Assembly: GCA_965235115.1 (NCBI GenBank)
Contig: OZ249436.1
Span: forward strand, 21,082,001-21,146,000
DNA from: Laetmonice hystrix
Taxonomy: Eukaryota
Length of the DNA stretch: 64,000 bases
Direction: 5' to 3'
Part shown: positions 50,758-64,000 of the stretch, in pieces
How positions within the stretch are numbered: position 1 is the first letter of the stretch
Layout: each line of letters begins with the position of its first letter
Position numbers and translations under genes: made by a program
Notes under the pieces: model-generated
What the model was told of the DNA's origin: nothing
Database searches by the model: none
The model's input: only the letters and a program-made list of their open reading frames with translations

Positions 50758-51262
50758 TCCTTCTCAAACCCTCCATCTCCGAACGCCTTACGGCTAGAGT
50801 TCTTCTCAAACCCTCCATCTCTGAACCCGTTACGGCTTGAGTCCTTCTCAAACCCTCCATCTCTGAACCCCTTACGGCTCGAGTTCTTCTCAAACCCTCA
50901 ATCTCTGAAAGCCTTAGGGCTTGAGTTCTTCTCGAACCCTCCATCTCCGAACCCCTTACGGCTTGAGTTCTTCTCAAACCCTCCATCTCCGAACCCCTTA
51001 CGGCTTGAGTTCTTCTCAAACCCTCCATCTCCGAACCCCTTACGGCTTGAGTTCTTCTCAAACCCTCCATCTCCGAACCCCTTACGGCTTGAGTTCTTCT
51101 CAAACCCTCCATCTACGAACCCCTTACGGCTTGAGTTCTTCTCAAACCCTCCATCTCCGAACCCCTTACGGCTTGAGTTCTTCTCAAACCCTCCATCTCC
51201 GAACGCCTTACGGCTTGAGTTCTTCTCAAACCCTCCATCTCCGAACCCCTTACGGCTTGAGT
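50758..51262. repeat. 42-bp minisatellite, ~12 copies
   Basis: Unit ttcttctcaaaccctccatctccgaaccccttacggcttgag. Confidence 0.95.
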
Positions 51263-51460
51263 TACGTGAAAAACATCTGGTCATCTGTTGGCGGCCAGTA
51301 TAACAATAACGTTTTGTGGTTGGTCACTTCTTGTCACAGCCCTCCTACCTGTCACTTTTAGAAAACCAGGACCTATAGCTCCAGGACCTATAAGTCACCA
51401 TGACACCAACATGGTAACAACATGAACGATTCACCATCAAGTGGATCTTATAGTTATATG

Positions 51461-54400
51461 ATCATCAAACTTCACAAACAACGACGACACACCCTCGTCA
51501 TTTTCTACCCTTGGCGCTATGTTATATCATCAAACTTCACAAACAACGACGACACACCCTCGTCATTTTCTACACCTAGCGCTATGTTATATCATCAAAC
51601 TTCACAAACAACGACGACACACTCTCGTCATTTTCTACCCCTGGCGCTATGTCATATCATCAAACTTCACAAACAACGACGACACACCCTCGTCATTTTC
51701 TACTCCGGGCGCTATGTTATATCATCAAACTTCACAAACAACGACGACACACCCTCGTCATTTTCTACTCCTGGCGCTATGTTATATCATCAAACTTCAC
51801 AAACAACGACGACACACCCTCGTCATTTTCTACTCCTGGCGCTATGTTATATCATCAAACTTCACAAACAACGACGACACACCCTCGTCATTTTCTACAC
51901 CTAGCGCTATGTTATATCATCAAACTTCACAAACAACGACGACACACCCTCGTCATTTTCTACACCTAGCGCTATGTTATATCATCAAACTTCACAAACA
52001 ACGACGACATACCCTCGTCATTTTCTACACCTAGCGCTATGTTATATCATCAAACTTCACAAACAACGACGACACACCCTCGTCATTTTCTACCCCTGGC
52101 GCTATGTTATATCATCAAACTTCACAAACAACGACGACACACCCTCGTCATTTTCTACCCCTGGCGCTATGTTATATCATCAAACTTCACAAACAACGAC
52201 GACACACCCTCGTCATTTTCTACTCCTGGCGCTATGTTATATCATCAAACTTCACAAACAACGACGACACATTCGTCATTTTCTACCCCTGGCGCTATGT
52301 TATATCATCAAACTTCACAAACAACGACGACACACCCTCGTCATTTTCTACTCCTGGCGCTATGTTATATCATCAAACTTCACAAACAACGACGACACAC
52401 CCTCGTCTTTTTCTACGGTACCTAGCGCTATGTTATATCATCAAACTTCACAAACAACGACGACACACCCTCGTCATTTTCCACCACTGGCGCTATGTTA
52501 TATCATCAAATGATTATGTGTACCACATGATCATGTATACCACACCATGTGTATACCACATCATATATGTATACCACATCATGTGTACCACACTGCCACA
52601 TGAGCAGTGCGCAGGAAAGCCACATAAGCACGCCAGGCCCCAGCCCCACCCCAATCCCCATCCCCAGCCCCATCCCCAGCCCCAGCCCCAGCCCCAGCCC
52701 CAGCCCCAGCCCCAGCCCCAGCCCCAGCCCCAGCCCCAGCCCCAGCCCCAGCCCCAGTCCCAGCCCCATGCAGCCCCCCCCTCCCCCAGCCCAAGCCGAA
52801 AATGTGCTACTGATACAGCCACAAATTCCTCACAACTCTTCCTACAACATCCTTCAGTTTGCACCCTCGTCATTTTCTACCCTTGGCGCTATGTTATATC
52901 ATCAAACTTCACAAACAACGACGACACACCCTCGTCATTTTCTACACCTAGCGCTATGTTATATCATCAAACTTCACAAACAACGACGACACACTCTCGT
53001 CATTTTCTACCCCTGGCGCTATGTCATATCATCAAACTTCACAAACAACGACGACACACCCTCGTCATTTTCTACTCCGGGCGCTATGTTATATCATCAA
53101 ACTTCACAAACAACGACGACACACCCTCGTCATTTTCTACTCCTGGCGCTATGTTATATCATCAAACTTCACAAACAACGACGACACACCCTCGTCATTT
53201 TCTACTCCTGGCGCTATGTTATATCATCAAACTTCACAAACAACGACGACACACCCTCGTCATTTTCTACACCTAGCGCTATGTTATATCATCAAACTTC
53301 ACAAACAACGACGACACACCCTCGTCATTTTCTACACCTAGCGCTATGTTATATCATCAAACTTCACAAACAACGACGACATACCCTCGTCATTTTCTAC
53401 ACCTAGCGCTATGTTATATCATCAAACTTCACAAACAACGACGACACACCCTCGTCATTTTCTACCCCTGGCGCTATGTTATATCATCAAACTTCACAAA
53501 CAACGACGACACACCCTCGTCATTTTCTACCCCTGGCGCTATGTTATATCATCAAACTTCACAAACAACGACGACACACCCTCGTCATTTTCTACTCCTG
53601 GCGCTATGTTATATCATCAAACTTCACAAACAACGACGACACATTCGTCATTTTCTACCCCTGGCGCTATGTTATATCATCAAACTTCACAAACAACGAC
53701 GACACACCCTCGTCATTTTCTACTCCTGGCGCTATGTTATATCATCAAACTTCACAAACAACGACGACACACCCTCGTCTTTTTCTACGGTACCTAGCGC
53801 TATGTTATATCATCAAACTTCACAAACAACGACGACACACCCTCGTCATTTTCCACCACTGGCGCTATGTTATATCATCAAATGATTATGTGTACCACAT
53901 GATCATGTATACCACACCATGTGTATACCACATCATATATGTATACCACATCATGTGTACCACACTGCCACATGAGCAGTGCGCAGGAAAGCCACATAAG
54001 CACGCCAGGCCCCAGCCCCACCCCAATCCCCATCCCCAGCCCCATCCCCAGCCCCAGCCCCAGCCCCCCAGCCCCAGCCCCAGCCCCAGCCCCAGCCCCA
54101 GCCCCAGCCCCAGCCCCAGCCCCAGCCCCAGCCCCAGTCCCAGCCCCATGCAGCCCCCCCCTCCCCCAGCCCAAGCCGAAAATGTGCTACTGATACAGCC
54201 ACAAATTCCTCACAACTCTTCCTACAACATCCTTCAGTTTGCACCCTCGTCATTTTCTACCCTTGGCGCTATGTTATATCATCAAACTTCACAAACAACG
54301 ACGACACACCCTCGTCATTTTCTACACCTAGCGCTATGTTATATCATCAAACTTCACAAACAACGACGACACACTCTCGTCATTTTCTACCCCTGGCGCT

Positions 54401-56826
54401 ATGTCATATCATCAAACTTCACAAACAACGACGACACACCCTCGTCATTTTCTACTCCGGGCGCTATGTTATATCATCAAACTTCACAAACAACGACGAC
54501 ACACCCTCGTCATTTTCTACTCCTGGCGCTATGTTATATCATCAAACTTCACAAACAACGACGACACACCCTCGTCATTTTCTACTCCTGGCGCTATGTT
54601 ATATCATCAAACTTCACAAACAACGACGACACACCCTCGTCATTTTCTACACCTAGCGCTATGTTATATCATCAAACTTCACAAACAACGACGACACACC
54701 CTCGTCATTTTCTACACCTAGCGCTATGTTATATCATCAAACTTCACAAACAACGACGACATACCCTCGTCATTTTCTACACCTAGCGCTATGTTATATC
54801 ATCAAACTTCACAAACAACGACGACACACCCTCGTCATTTTCTACCCCTGGCGCTATGTTATATCATCAAACTTCACAAACAACGACGACACACCCTCGT
54901 CATTTTCTACCCCTGGCGCTATGTTATATCATCAAACTTCACAAACAACGACGACACACCCTCGTCATTTTCTACTCCTGGCGCTATGTTATATCATCAA
55001 ACTTCACAAACAACGACGACACATTCGTCATTTTCTACCCCTGGCGCTATGTTATATCATCAAACTTCACAAACAACGACGACACACCCTCGTCATTTTC
55101 TACTCCTGGCGCTATGTTATATCATCAAACTTCACAAACAACGACGACACACCCTCGTCTTTTTCTACGGTACCTAGCGCTATGTTATATCATCAAACTT
55201 CACAAACAACGACGACACACCCTCGTCATTTTCCACCACTGGCGCTATGTTATATCATCAAATGATTATGTGTACCACATGATCATGTATACCACACCAT
55301 GTGTATACCACATCATATATGTATACCACATCATGTGTACCACACTGCCACATGAGCAGTGCGCAGGAAAGCCACATAAGCACGCCAGGCCCCAGCCCCA
55401 CCCCAATCCCCATCCCCAGCCCCATCCCCAGCCCCAGCCCCAGCCCCCCAGCCCCAGCCCCAGCCCCAGCCCCAGCCCCAGCCCCAGCCCCAGCCCCAGC
55501 CCCAGCCCCAGCCCCAGCCCCAGTCCCAGCCCCATGCAGCCCCCCCCTCCCCCAGCCCAAGCCGAAAATGTGCTACTGATACAGCCACAAATTCCTCACA
55601 ACTCTTCCTACAACATCCTTCAGTTTGCACCCTCGTCATTTTCTACCCTTGGCGCTATGTTATATCATCAAACTTCACAAACAACGACGACACACCCTCG
55701 TCATTTTCTACACCTAGCGCTATGTTATATCATCAAACTTCACAAACAACGACGACACACTCTCGTCATTTTCTACCCCTGGCGCTATGTCATATCATCA
55801 AACTTCACAAACAACGACGACACACCCTCGTCATTTTCTACTCCGGGCGCTATGTTATATCATCAAACTTCACAAACAACGACGACACACCCTCGTCATT
55901 TTCTACTCCTGGCGCTATGTTATATCATCAAACTTCACAAACAACGACGACACACCCTCGTCATTTTCTACTCCTGGCGCTATGTTATATCATCAAACTT
56001 CACAAACAACGACGACACACCCTCGTCATTTTCTACACCTAGCGCTATGTTATATCATCAAACTTCACAAACAACGACGACACACCCTCGTCATTTTCTA
56101 CACCTAGCGCTATGTTATATCATCAAACTTCACAAACAACGACGACATACCCTCGTCATTTTCTACACCTAGCGCTATGTTATATCATCAAACTTCACAA
56201 ACAACGACGACACACCCTCGTCATTTTCTACCCCTGGCGCTATGTTATATCATCAAACTTCACAAACAACGACGACACACCCTCGTCATTTTCTACCCCT
56301 GGCGCTATGTTATATCATCAAACTTCACAAACAACGACGACACACCCTCGTCATTTTCTACTCCTGGCGCTATGTTATATCATCAAACTTCACAAACAAC
56401 GACGACACATTCGTCATTTTCTACCCCTGGCGCTATGTTATATCATCAAACTTCACAAACAACGACGACACACCCTCGTCATTTTCTACTCCTGGCGCTA
56501 TGTTATATCATCAAACTTCACAAACAACGACGACACACCCTCGTCTTTTTCTACGGTACCTAGCGCTATGTTATATCATCAAACTTCACAAACAACGACG
56601 ACACACCCTCGTCATTTTCCACCACTGGCGCTATGTGATATTATCAAACTTCACAAACAACAACGACACACCCTCGTCATTTTCTACACCTAGCGCTATG
56701 TTATATCATCAAACTTCACAAACAACGACGACATACCCTCGTCATTTTCTACACCTAGCGCTATGTTATATCATCAAACTTCACAAACAATGACGACACA
56801 CCCTCGTCTTTTTCTACCCCTGGCGC
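51461..56826. repeat. 65-bp satellite organised as a ~1.38-kb higher-order repeat (about 16 monomers plus a ~360-bp insert)
   Basis: Monomer gcgctatgttatatcatcaaacttcacaaacaacgacgacacaccctcgtcattttctacNcct(g/a). The same order of monomer variants recurs in four blocks separated by inserts at 52510-52862, 53882-54242 and 55262-55628. Confidence 0.96.
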
Positions 56827-59800
56827 CTTCATTTCTACGTGTCTCATCCACCTCGGTTCAAACTGCACTCAGTGCTTGGATTAAAAAGATCCTGTCAAAA
56901 GTTTTTTAGACCTATGTGCCTTCAGTCACGTACTTCTTTATGTTGGACCGTAATTTTTCAGTTACACAAGGAGAATATGACAGAGGGCGCCCTGGGTACG
57001 GGATAATGCGGCACACGTGAGGGCAATCTGCCGGATACCACCGGTTAGACAACATATCGCATCCTGGGACCCCCTGACAACGGTTCTATTGTTATTGTAC
57101 CTGTCCACTGAGGTACCAGGGGGGTTGAACCCCCCCCCCCCTCTTACGAAGTAAATTTTCTTTTTGCTTTTCTGCTTGAAAAGTTCAAACCAAACATACA
57201 CAACCCCTGCCCCTGACGCAAACTTGGATCCGCCCCTGCTATTGTACCTGTCTACTGACAGACAGGTACCAGTAGGATCTCACGCCGCCATGGCACCACG
57301 ACCAGCATGTAACCATGGTAATCCTACAGTAATTACCAACAAGATTTATAGTGTATTCTAAAGGTCCCACATATGGCAGCTCTAACTCGGATCGTAGATG
57401 GATGAATTCCTCTAAGATGTAATAAATTCTCTCCCGGTTGTCTGTGAACTGAACAAATATACTTGATAAAAGAGATCCTATAAATAAAATAATAAGTAAT
57501 ATATATGTATGTAGTTTCCTCCTTTTCTGCTGAATATCAGCTCATATTTAACTACTTTTCAAACTGGTATAACTACGGGTAGCGCAATCCTTGGTTACAT
57601 ATATAAAGTTTTATTTACAAAATGACTCTTAGTCTTAATTGACCATTTTGAAGATGTACTAAGATGAAGTGAGCTCATGCCGGGAGCCTGCCAGTATAAA
57701 GACTCCCGTTAAGGTCAATAGGTGCCATGGATGTGGGACTGACTGCACTCCGTACACATCCCAGGCCAATGGCCACTCAGTTGAAACATCGTATTAACCT
57801 GAAACGGGCGTCATTCAACCCAGGCTTACCGCCTGTCAGGTCGACGGGTTGGGATGAGGGCCCTGAGCCCACCAACACTGCTATATTCACACTGGGCTAT
57901 ATACTACTACAGCCAGACCAAAGCCGCCTCAGCCGGGCCTCGCCAACATCAGCTACGCTATATGTCATTATGATGCTGAAAATTACGTAGGTGTCTAGAC
58001 ATACCAAAAACATAGCGCGCTGCCAATAGGACAGAACGTAGCAAATCACTCAGCGAGTGTGGGCCAGCATGGCTGTGGGGGTATGGAGGCAGAAACCTCG
58101 GGTTTGGTCTCCCACATCTGCTGGCTTCAATTCACCACTTCACATGGCATTATTTCTGCTCGACACTGACATTTAAGGTATTTGTTTGGGTGCATAGTTG
58201 ACTACAACATATGGGTCAACGGCCCAATAAAAATGGGGAACTGTTAGGGTACCTCTGCTTGGCCCATAATAGTGGGGGCATGATCAACGCAGGAACACAA
58301 TATTTTTCCAATCATTTTTCACGAAGGAATAAACCAAATCAAGGCGGGGAGCGGGAAAAGACTTTCTTTGGTTAATCTCTGGTTCAAATTCATCTTAACC
58401 AACTTAGTTAACCTTCTTGAAACCTTCTTAATGGAAGAAAGGGTCAGATGGCTGTTCAAGGCTGCAAACATGGAAATCATGAAACGTTTCTAGTACAAGT
58501 CATTCACATTGTTAATTAAATTCATCTGTACTTTTTATTTTGCATTTTTATAAAACGAGTCAATGTGGGACCTGAAAACATGGCTTTGAAGAAATTGCGT
58601 GTCAGTCCACAATTTGGTATGTGCTGCAACGTCCATTGCCCTCAGCATTTCCTTTGATATCCAACAAAATACAACTATATATGATTGAAGGCCAATGTTG
58701 TTCGCATGTTTACTTTCAAACATGAGAGGACTCAAGACTAAAAACCAAACATTAGACTCACAATTCCCGTTCACACCTCCTCACGGTCTCCACTGGCCCT
58801 CGACAGACAGGGACCTGTCCCTGTCTGGGGTCTTCAGAACAAACAATATGGACCGTCGAACCATGCTCATTAAATCATCAATTATTACATTATTATATCA
58901 AAGAGAAAATAACTACCATCAATGGCGACACGTCACCACACCCTTCTTTCTTTTTCTTTTGTTTCTTTTGACAGACCGATTTCACGTATAGTCTGATCAG
59001 TGGGTGACATGACCTACCTAAGTGGCTGAACTTACTAAATTACGATATTATTGTAAATTACATAATGGTTTAAACGTTTTGCCAATACGTACGCCTACGG
59101 ATGTGAAAGGAAGTAATTATGATAATATAGCATGAGATAACCATGACAATATAACAGGGCTTTCCATTTGTCGCTATGTTGCGCCATGGAGCGACGACAA
59201 CAGTGACACAAATGCGACAAGAAAAAAAGTGAGCGACAAAACTTAAAAATGAATACATGTATAGGCCTATGTATCTTACTCTCTGTCTCTCTGTGTCTTA
59301 GATACGCCCTTATTCCTTAAACTTAACAGCCGTTCTTGTGTACACATATTTTTGTTTACATCCTGATCATTTGTCAAGCAGCTCAGTTTATAAAATAATA
59401 ATTTTTAGAACAGCTGACCACAAAAAAAAAGCAAAAGTAGTTGGGTGAGCAAATGTTCTGTTGGGCGACACTTACTTGCCCATGTGGGCGACCAAGTATT
59501 TCTGGTTAATGGAAAACTGTTTTTCCCTGTTACTCGGTTGGTAATTCTGGTGCGCGGATTTACGCGTGTTGAGCACCAAGCAGCCTCAACTTTGGACAGC
59601 CCTAATATAATGATATAGAGTGCAATAACAGCCGCCATGATAATCCTCTAACGATGATATTATGTCGTCATGTAACCTCAGAAGTGTTTCTTCCCTACTG
59701 AATTCTGTCCTATTTGATTTCTTAAACCAGATTCTCCGACTTCCCGTCATTAATGATATATATTCCCCTTATTTCGGCATTTTCAATATTTGTGATTTAT

Positions 59801-59944
59801 TTCGTACCATCACTGCCGCAAAACGGTCATGGATTTATCCAACTGGGGCCGGACCATCGAACGGCCAAATAACTTTTTAAATAAGTTTTAAATAAGTTTT
59901 GTAGGGTGAGGAAATCCATTCTGGAGGTCTTCACCTCGCTATGA

Positions 59945-60515
59945 TCCACATCGTGTGTACATTATGTGTACCACATCATGTGTACCACATCATACCGCAT
60001 CATGTGTCCCCCTCATGTGTACCGCATCATGTGTACCACATCGTGTGTACCACATCGTGTGTACCACATCGTGTGTACCACATCGCGTGTACCACATGAT
60101 CATGTGGTACACATGATCATATGGTACACATGATTATGTGTACCACATGATCATGTATACCACACCATGTGTATACCACATCATATATGTATACCACATC
60201 ATGTGTACCACACTGCCACATGAGCAGTGCGCAGGAAAGCCACATAAGCACGCCAGGCCCCAGCCCCACCCCAATCCCCATCCCCAGCCCCATCCCCAGC
60301 CCCAGCCCCAGCCCCCCAGCCCCAGCCCCAGCCCCAGCCCCAGCCCCAGCCCCAGCCCCAGCCCCAGCCCCAGCCCCAGCCCCAGCCCCAGCCCCAGCCC
60401 CAGCCCCAGTCCCAGCCCCATGCAGCCCCCCCCCTCCCCCAGCCCAAGCCGAAAATGTGCTACTGATACAGCCACAAATTCCTCACAACTCTTCCTACAA
60501 CATCCTTCAGTTTGC
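59945..60515. repeat. tgtaccacatca short-period repeat followed by a (CCCCAG)n tract; 60130-60515 matches the insert in the satellite HOR
   Basis: Direct sequence identity with 52510-52862 and the other inserts, apart from tract lengths. Confidence 0.92.
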
Positions 60516-61329
60516 CGTTATCAGCCCGCTAATTAACACCCCTTGACCCACCAGCAGGGGTTGGGTCACGGTTGGATGACTGCGGGCCTCGGTCGGCCCG
60601 GGAGCACTCTGCTATGAGAGGAATGTCTGGGGGCTCGAGTTCAGGTATGTCTGGCGAGTTCTACAACAGTTCGCCGTCTGCAAACACACACACAGATAAT
60701 GCAGTTCACCCCCCCCCCCCTCCGCCCCCTCCCCGCCCCCGCCCCCTACGAGGCCCCCAGATATTACTTCTTTACAGACGCCTGTATGCAAATCGTCCTG
60801 ATCTGTTATCATTGGTTTGTACCTGACGACCCCTTACCGCTCCAGATCGTGGATTAAGTTAGTCCTGGCTCCTGAAGTCTCCCAACAAGTTTCAGGGGCT
60901 GTTGTGTATGGACATGTGTATGGAAACGTTATGAAGACATCTAACTTGGAGAAGTGGCCTAGTAACCCGTCCTTATTGACAAGAGCTTCTTCGCTATGCT
61001 GTATTATTCTAGACGGCGCTATTGTGGTGTCCCAGACACAAGGAAAAATACAACACGATATCAGTACAACAGAAAATGTCTGTCTGTACACACCCTACAA
61101 CAGGAGTGTCGGAGCAGGGGGGCTATGTCTCCGGAAAGTTAACTAATACCTCATGATAAAATTATCTCATCAGCTTTCAGTGGCTTGTATCTCTCCTGTA
61201 TAATTCAGTGCCCTAAAAAAAATATCGGGAGAGAGGCCGAGGTGCATAGAAATACGTCTTCGTGGCGAGGGGTTGCTGACTGTGCTAAATGAATATGTAG
61301 TAAATTAAGGTCTTTAGTGAAACGATACA

Positions 61330-61760
61330 TCGGCAGGACCGACATCTTGAAACAGGACGTCACCAGGAGACACGTCTTGAAACACTACGTCACAAGGACA
61401 AACATCATGAAACAAGACGTCACTGAGGAAGACGTCTCAAAACACGACGTCACCGGGACAGACGTCTCGAAACTCGACGTCACTAGGACAGACGTCATGA
61501 AACATGACGTCACTGGGGAAGATGTCTCATAACACGACGTCACCGGGACAGACGTCTCGAAACTCGACGTCACCAGGACAAACGTCATGAAACATGACGT
61601 CACTGGGGAAGATGTCTCAAAACATTACGTCACCGGGACAGACGTCTCGAAACTCGACGTCACCAGGACAAACGTCATGAAACATGACGTCACTGGGGAA
61701 GATGTCTCAAAACATTACGTCACCGGGACAGCCGTCTCGAAACTCGACGCCACCAGGATA
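61330..61760. repeat. 30-bp minisatellite with 90-bp higher-order periodicity, rich in GACGTC
   Basis: Units such as gacgtcaccgggacagacgtctcgaaactc / gacgtcaccaggacaaacgtcatgaaacat / gacgtcactggggaagatgtctcaaaacat recur in triplets. Confidence 0.88.
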
Positions 61761-64000
61761 TATAGCCTTTAATTACTTTAGCCAGTGACACGTTTCCATG
61801 GTATCAGCCACATCTTTTACCTGATCGGTACACACAGGTTTAAACTGTGATGACCGGGTGGACCTGACTCTGGCGCTGACAGCGTCCCTTTAAGACTTTC
61901 TCCCCGAGTACCGACTCGCCCATGTCATGAGTGAGTTACCTGACGTTCGTACGTACGTGGGAGGGGGTAATGTAACATGAGCGTCGCGAGCTGAGAGCCA
62001 CTGACGGCCACCTATTAGTTCCAGGCCTGTTGCCTCTCCCATGCCTTACCGCGACTTTTCTATACACAGCTCACAATGTTATGTCAACCTCGGCCGCTGC
62101 CATGTTTCCCCCCTCCACCCAGATCAAAGAAGGACCCACTCACCCGCTCACCCCTCTACCTGTCAGCAGGTGAGCTGAATAGTGAATGAGGTAATACCAT
62201 ATGGGAAAGACGGCGTTTGGTTAGGCCTGCACGGCTGGCTGCACGCCGATCTCAGTACTCCCCTCCCTCCTCTCCTCTCCCTCTTCCCCATCCAAACTCA
62301 CTGATCCCGGTCCGTACTGTAGACTGAAGCATATCTGGACAACCATACCTCCCAAACATTTTAACATAATTCATCTGGCAGGATGATAAAATAATATAAT
62401 TCACCTGACATGGAATTATCGCTGTGTGATAATGAAAATAATTCAGTCCTAATTCGTCATGGGACTATTTCCTTTTGAACTCCGACCCCCAGACCACCCG
62501 CCCGAGATTGCTCGCACCCATCTGCCTCTGCGGGGACTGAAAAACGCTTGTCCACATCACAGGGTTTTCCTTCAAACTGGAATAGTGTCTAGCGACTTCT
62601 ATTGATAGGATGGCACAGCTCAGGTTATAATAGGGAGGATCCCCCTGTCTGATTGTCTAAACTGTTCACGTTACTGCAGCTAACCATGGGTTCCTGAATC
62701 CAATATCCCTGTGGTCGGCATTGGGATCTGACCATGCCTGTGTGACAGAGATATATGAACACGGGTGGAGGGTACATTGTGTATATATATATGATGTAAA
62801 TTAGCTGCCACCTAAGCATCCTTAGCATATTTGCAGGCAAGTTGACCACACTGATGACTCATACTGGTGGGAGTCTAAAAATACTACACGAGAACGGTTG
62901 CGTCCTTTAGACCCTTAACTAGGCAGACAGACGTCACCATATGAGGTAATACGGTATTACATCAACAGCAATGACCGTATCACAAGGTGCTGACAACTTG
63001 TAAACTAGCTATCTTCTTTGTCATAATACTCTACTCATGTATTACTCTCGTACCTCGGAAGGGGTCTCTGCATCACTAGAGAAATACGGTCCGAGAAATA
63101 CACGTACACTCAAACTCAACCAGTACACAACAAATGTATGGAGAGTCCAAGAAAATACCAAATTCAAGCTTTTAGAAATTCTCGCAACTGGCCTCAATAA
63201 ATGAAACTGTACCTTGTGGGGATTTTTGGCAATTAACTCAGAACAAAGGGTGTCAAATGAGATCCGTTTAGAAAATTAATCTGTGAGGGGAAATGACAGG
63301 CCTTTGGCTTACCGCAGTGTGAAAGACTGACTCACACAGCCTGAGGCTATAGCGGACACAGCCCGAGTCTGCATTCAAGGCTTCACTGTACAGTTTAAGG
63401 TTTCCTTATCAATTGAAACAGACTGGGTGTAGTTTCGATCTTTGTACCTACCCCCCAGACCATACAATACGGGTTTGGCTACATGTTGTGGGGGTGGAGA
63501 GGCTTTGAACACCCCCCCCCCCCCGCCCTCCGGGTATCCCTACGTAACCAATATGTGAGCCCGAGACCGGTGGTTTAACCATTAATACCATGACCACCAT
63601 GACACCACATCATGTGGTCATGCTTCCATCTTGTCGGGGTCAAAGGTTAGTAAATCTAACCTCCCCCGCCTTGTATCTCCCCAGACCACTTCCTGTGTGA
63701 CTCCCAGAAACTTGATGTTGCAAACACAAGCCTTACTTCCTCTACTCTAGTTTATCCAAACACAATCCGTTAACAAAGCTTACTTCCGCCAACACTTCCT
63801 GGCACCCACTGATAGCGATTAGTTCAACACCGTACAATTTCACGGAGGTTTTGAGCCAACCAGAATGGAAATGATCCCAGTTACATTGTTAAAAACACCA
63901 ACAACCGCTCAAACTGACCGATAGATGCTATATGTATATGTTGTACATAATTTAACACCTTTGAAACATTATAGACTGTTTTCCCAGTGGAAGTAGTATG

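Noticed and set aside
50695..56793. Many ORFs in the 42-bp, 65-bp and CCCCAG repeats
   Set aside because: Repeat-derived and frame-switching, and they lie within a presumed intron.
51461..56826. CRISPR-like appearance of the 65-bp repeats
   Set aside because: Monomers are contiguous with no unique spacers, the three inserts are copies of each other, there are no cas genes, and the context is eukaryotic.

Overview
This is eukaryotic genomic DNA from an invertebrate animal (probably a lophotrochozoan, by inference), with GT-AG introns, many MITEs and satellites, and no prokaryotic features. It holds three spliced genes. (1) A 4-exon membrane-anchored SDR9C/retinol-dehydrogenase-like gene (+, 8695-12039) whose catalytic YxxxK tyrosine is replaced by Leu. 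(2) A complete 14-exon CYP46A1-like cytochrome P450 (+, 28480-34233). (3) The 3' part of a very large Dok-7-like PH/PTB adaptor (-, 39756-49757; first exons lie beyond the window) with a 4.3-kb exon and an IRS/Gab-like phosphotyrosine tail. Between the SDR and CYP genes is the most unusual structure: an A-B-A-B-A tandem array (14153-27545) of 4.6-4.8 kb units. Each unit carries an intronless ~447-aa gene I do not recognise, with a TATA/Inr promoter, exactly twelve Cys-x2-His 14/15-aa repeats, and a 68-bp poly(A)-site-like VNTR (1, 4 and 7 copies); the array ends at a near-perfect palindrome. Also present: a 65-bp satellite with a higher-order repeat that captured a ~360-bp segment also found a few kb downstream, a ~1.5-kb inverted duplication with TTAA ends, and several minisatellites. 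All assignments were made by eye; no database searches were run.
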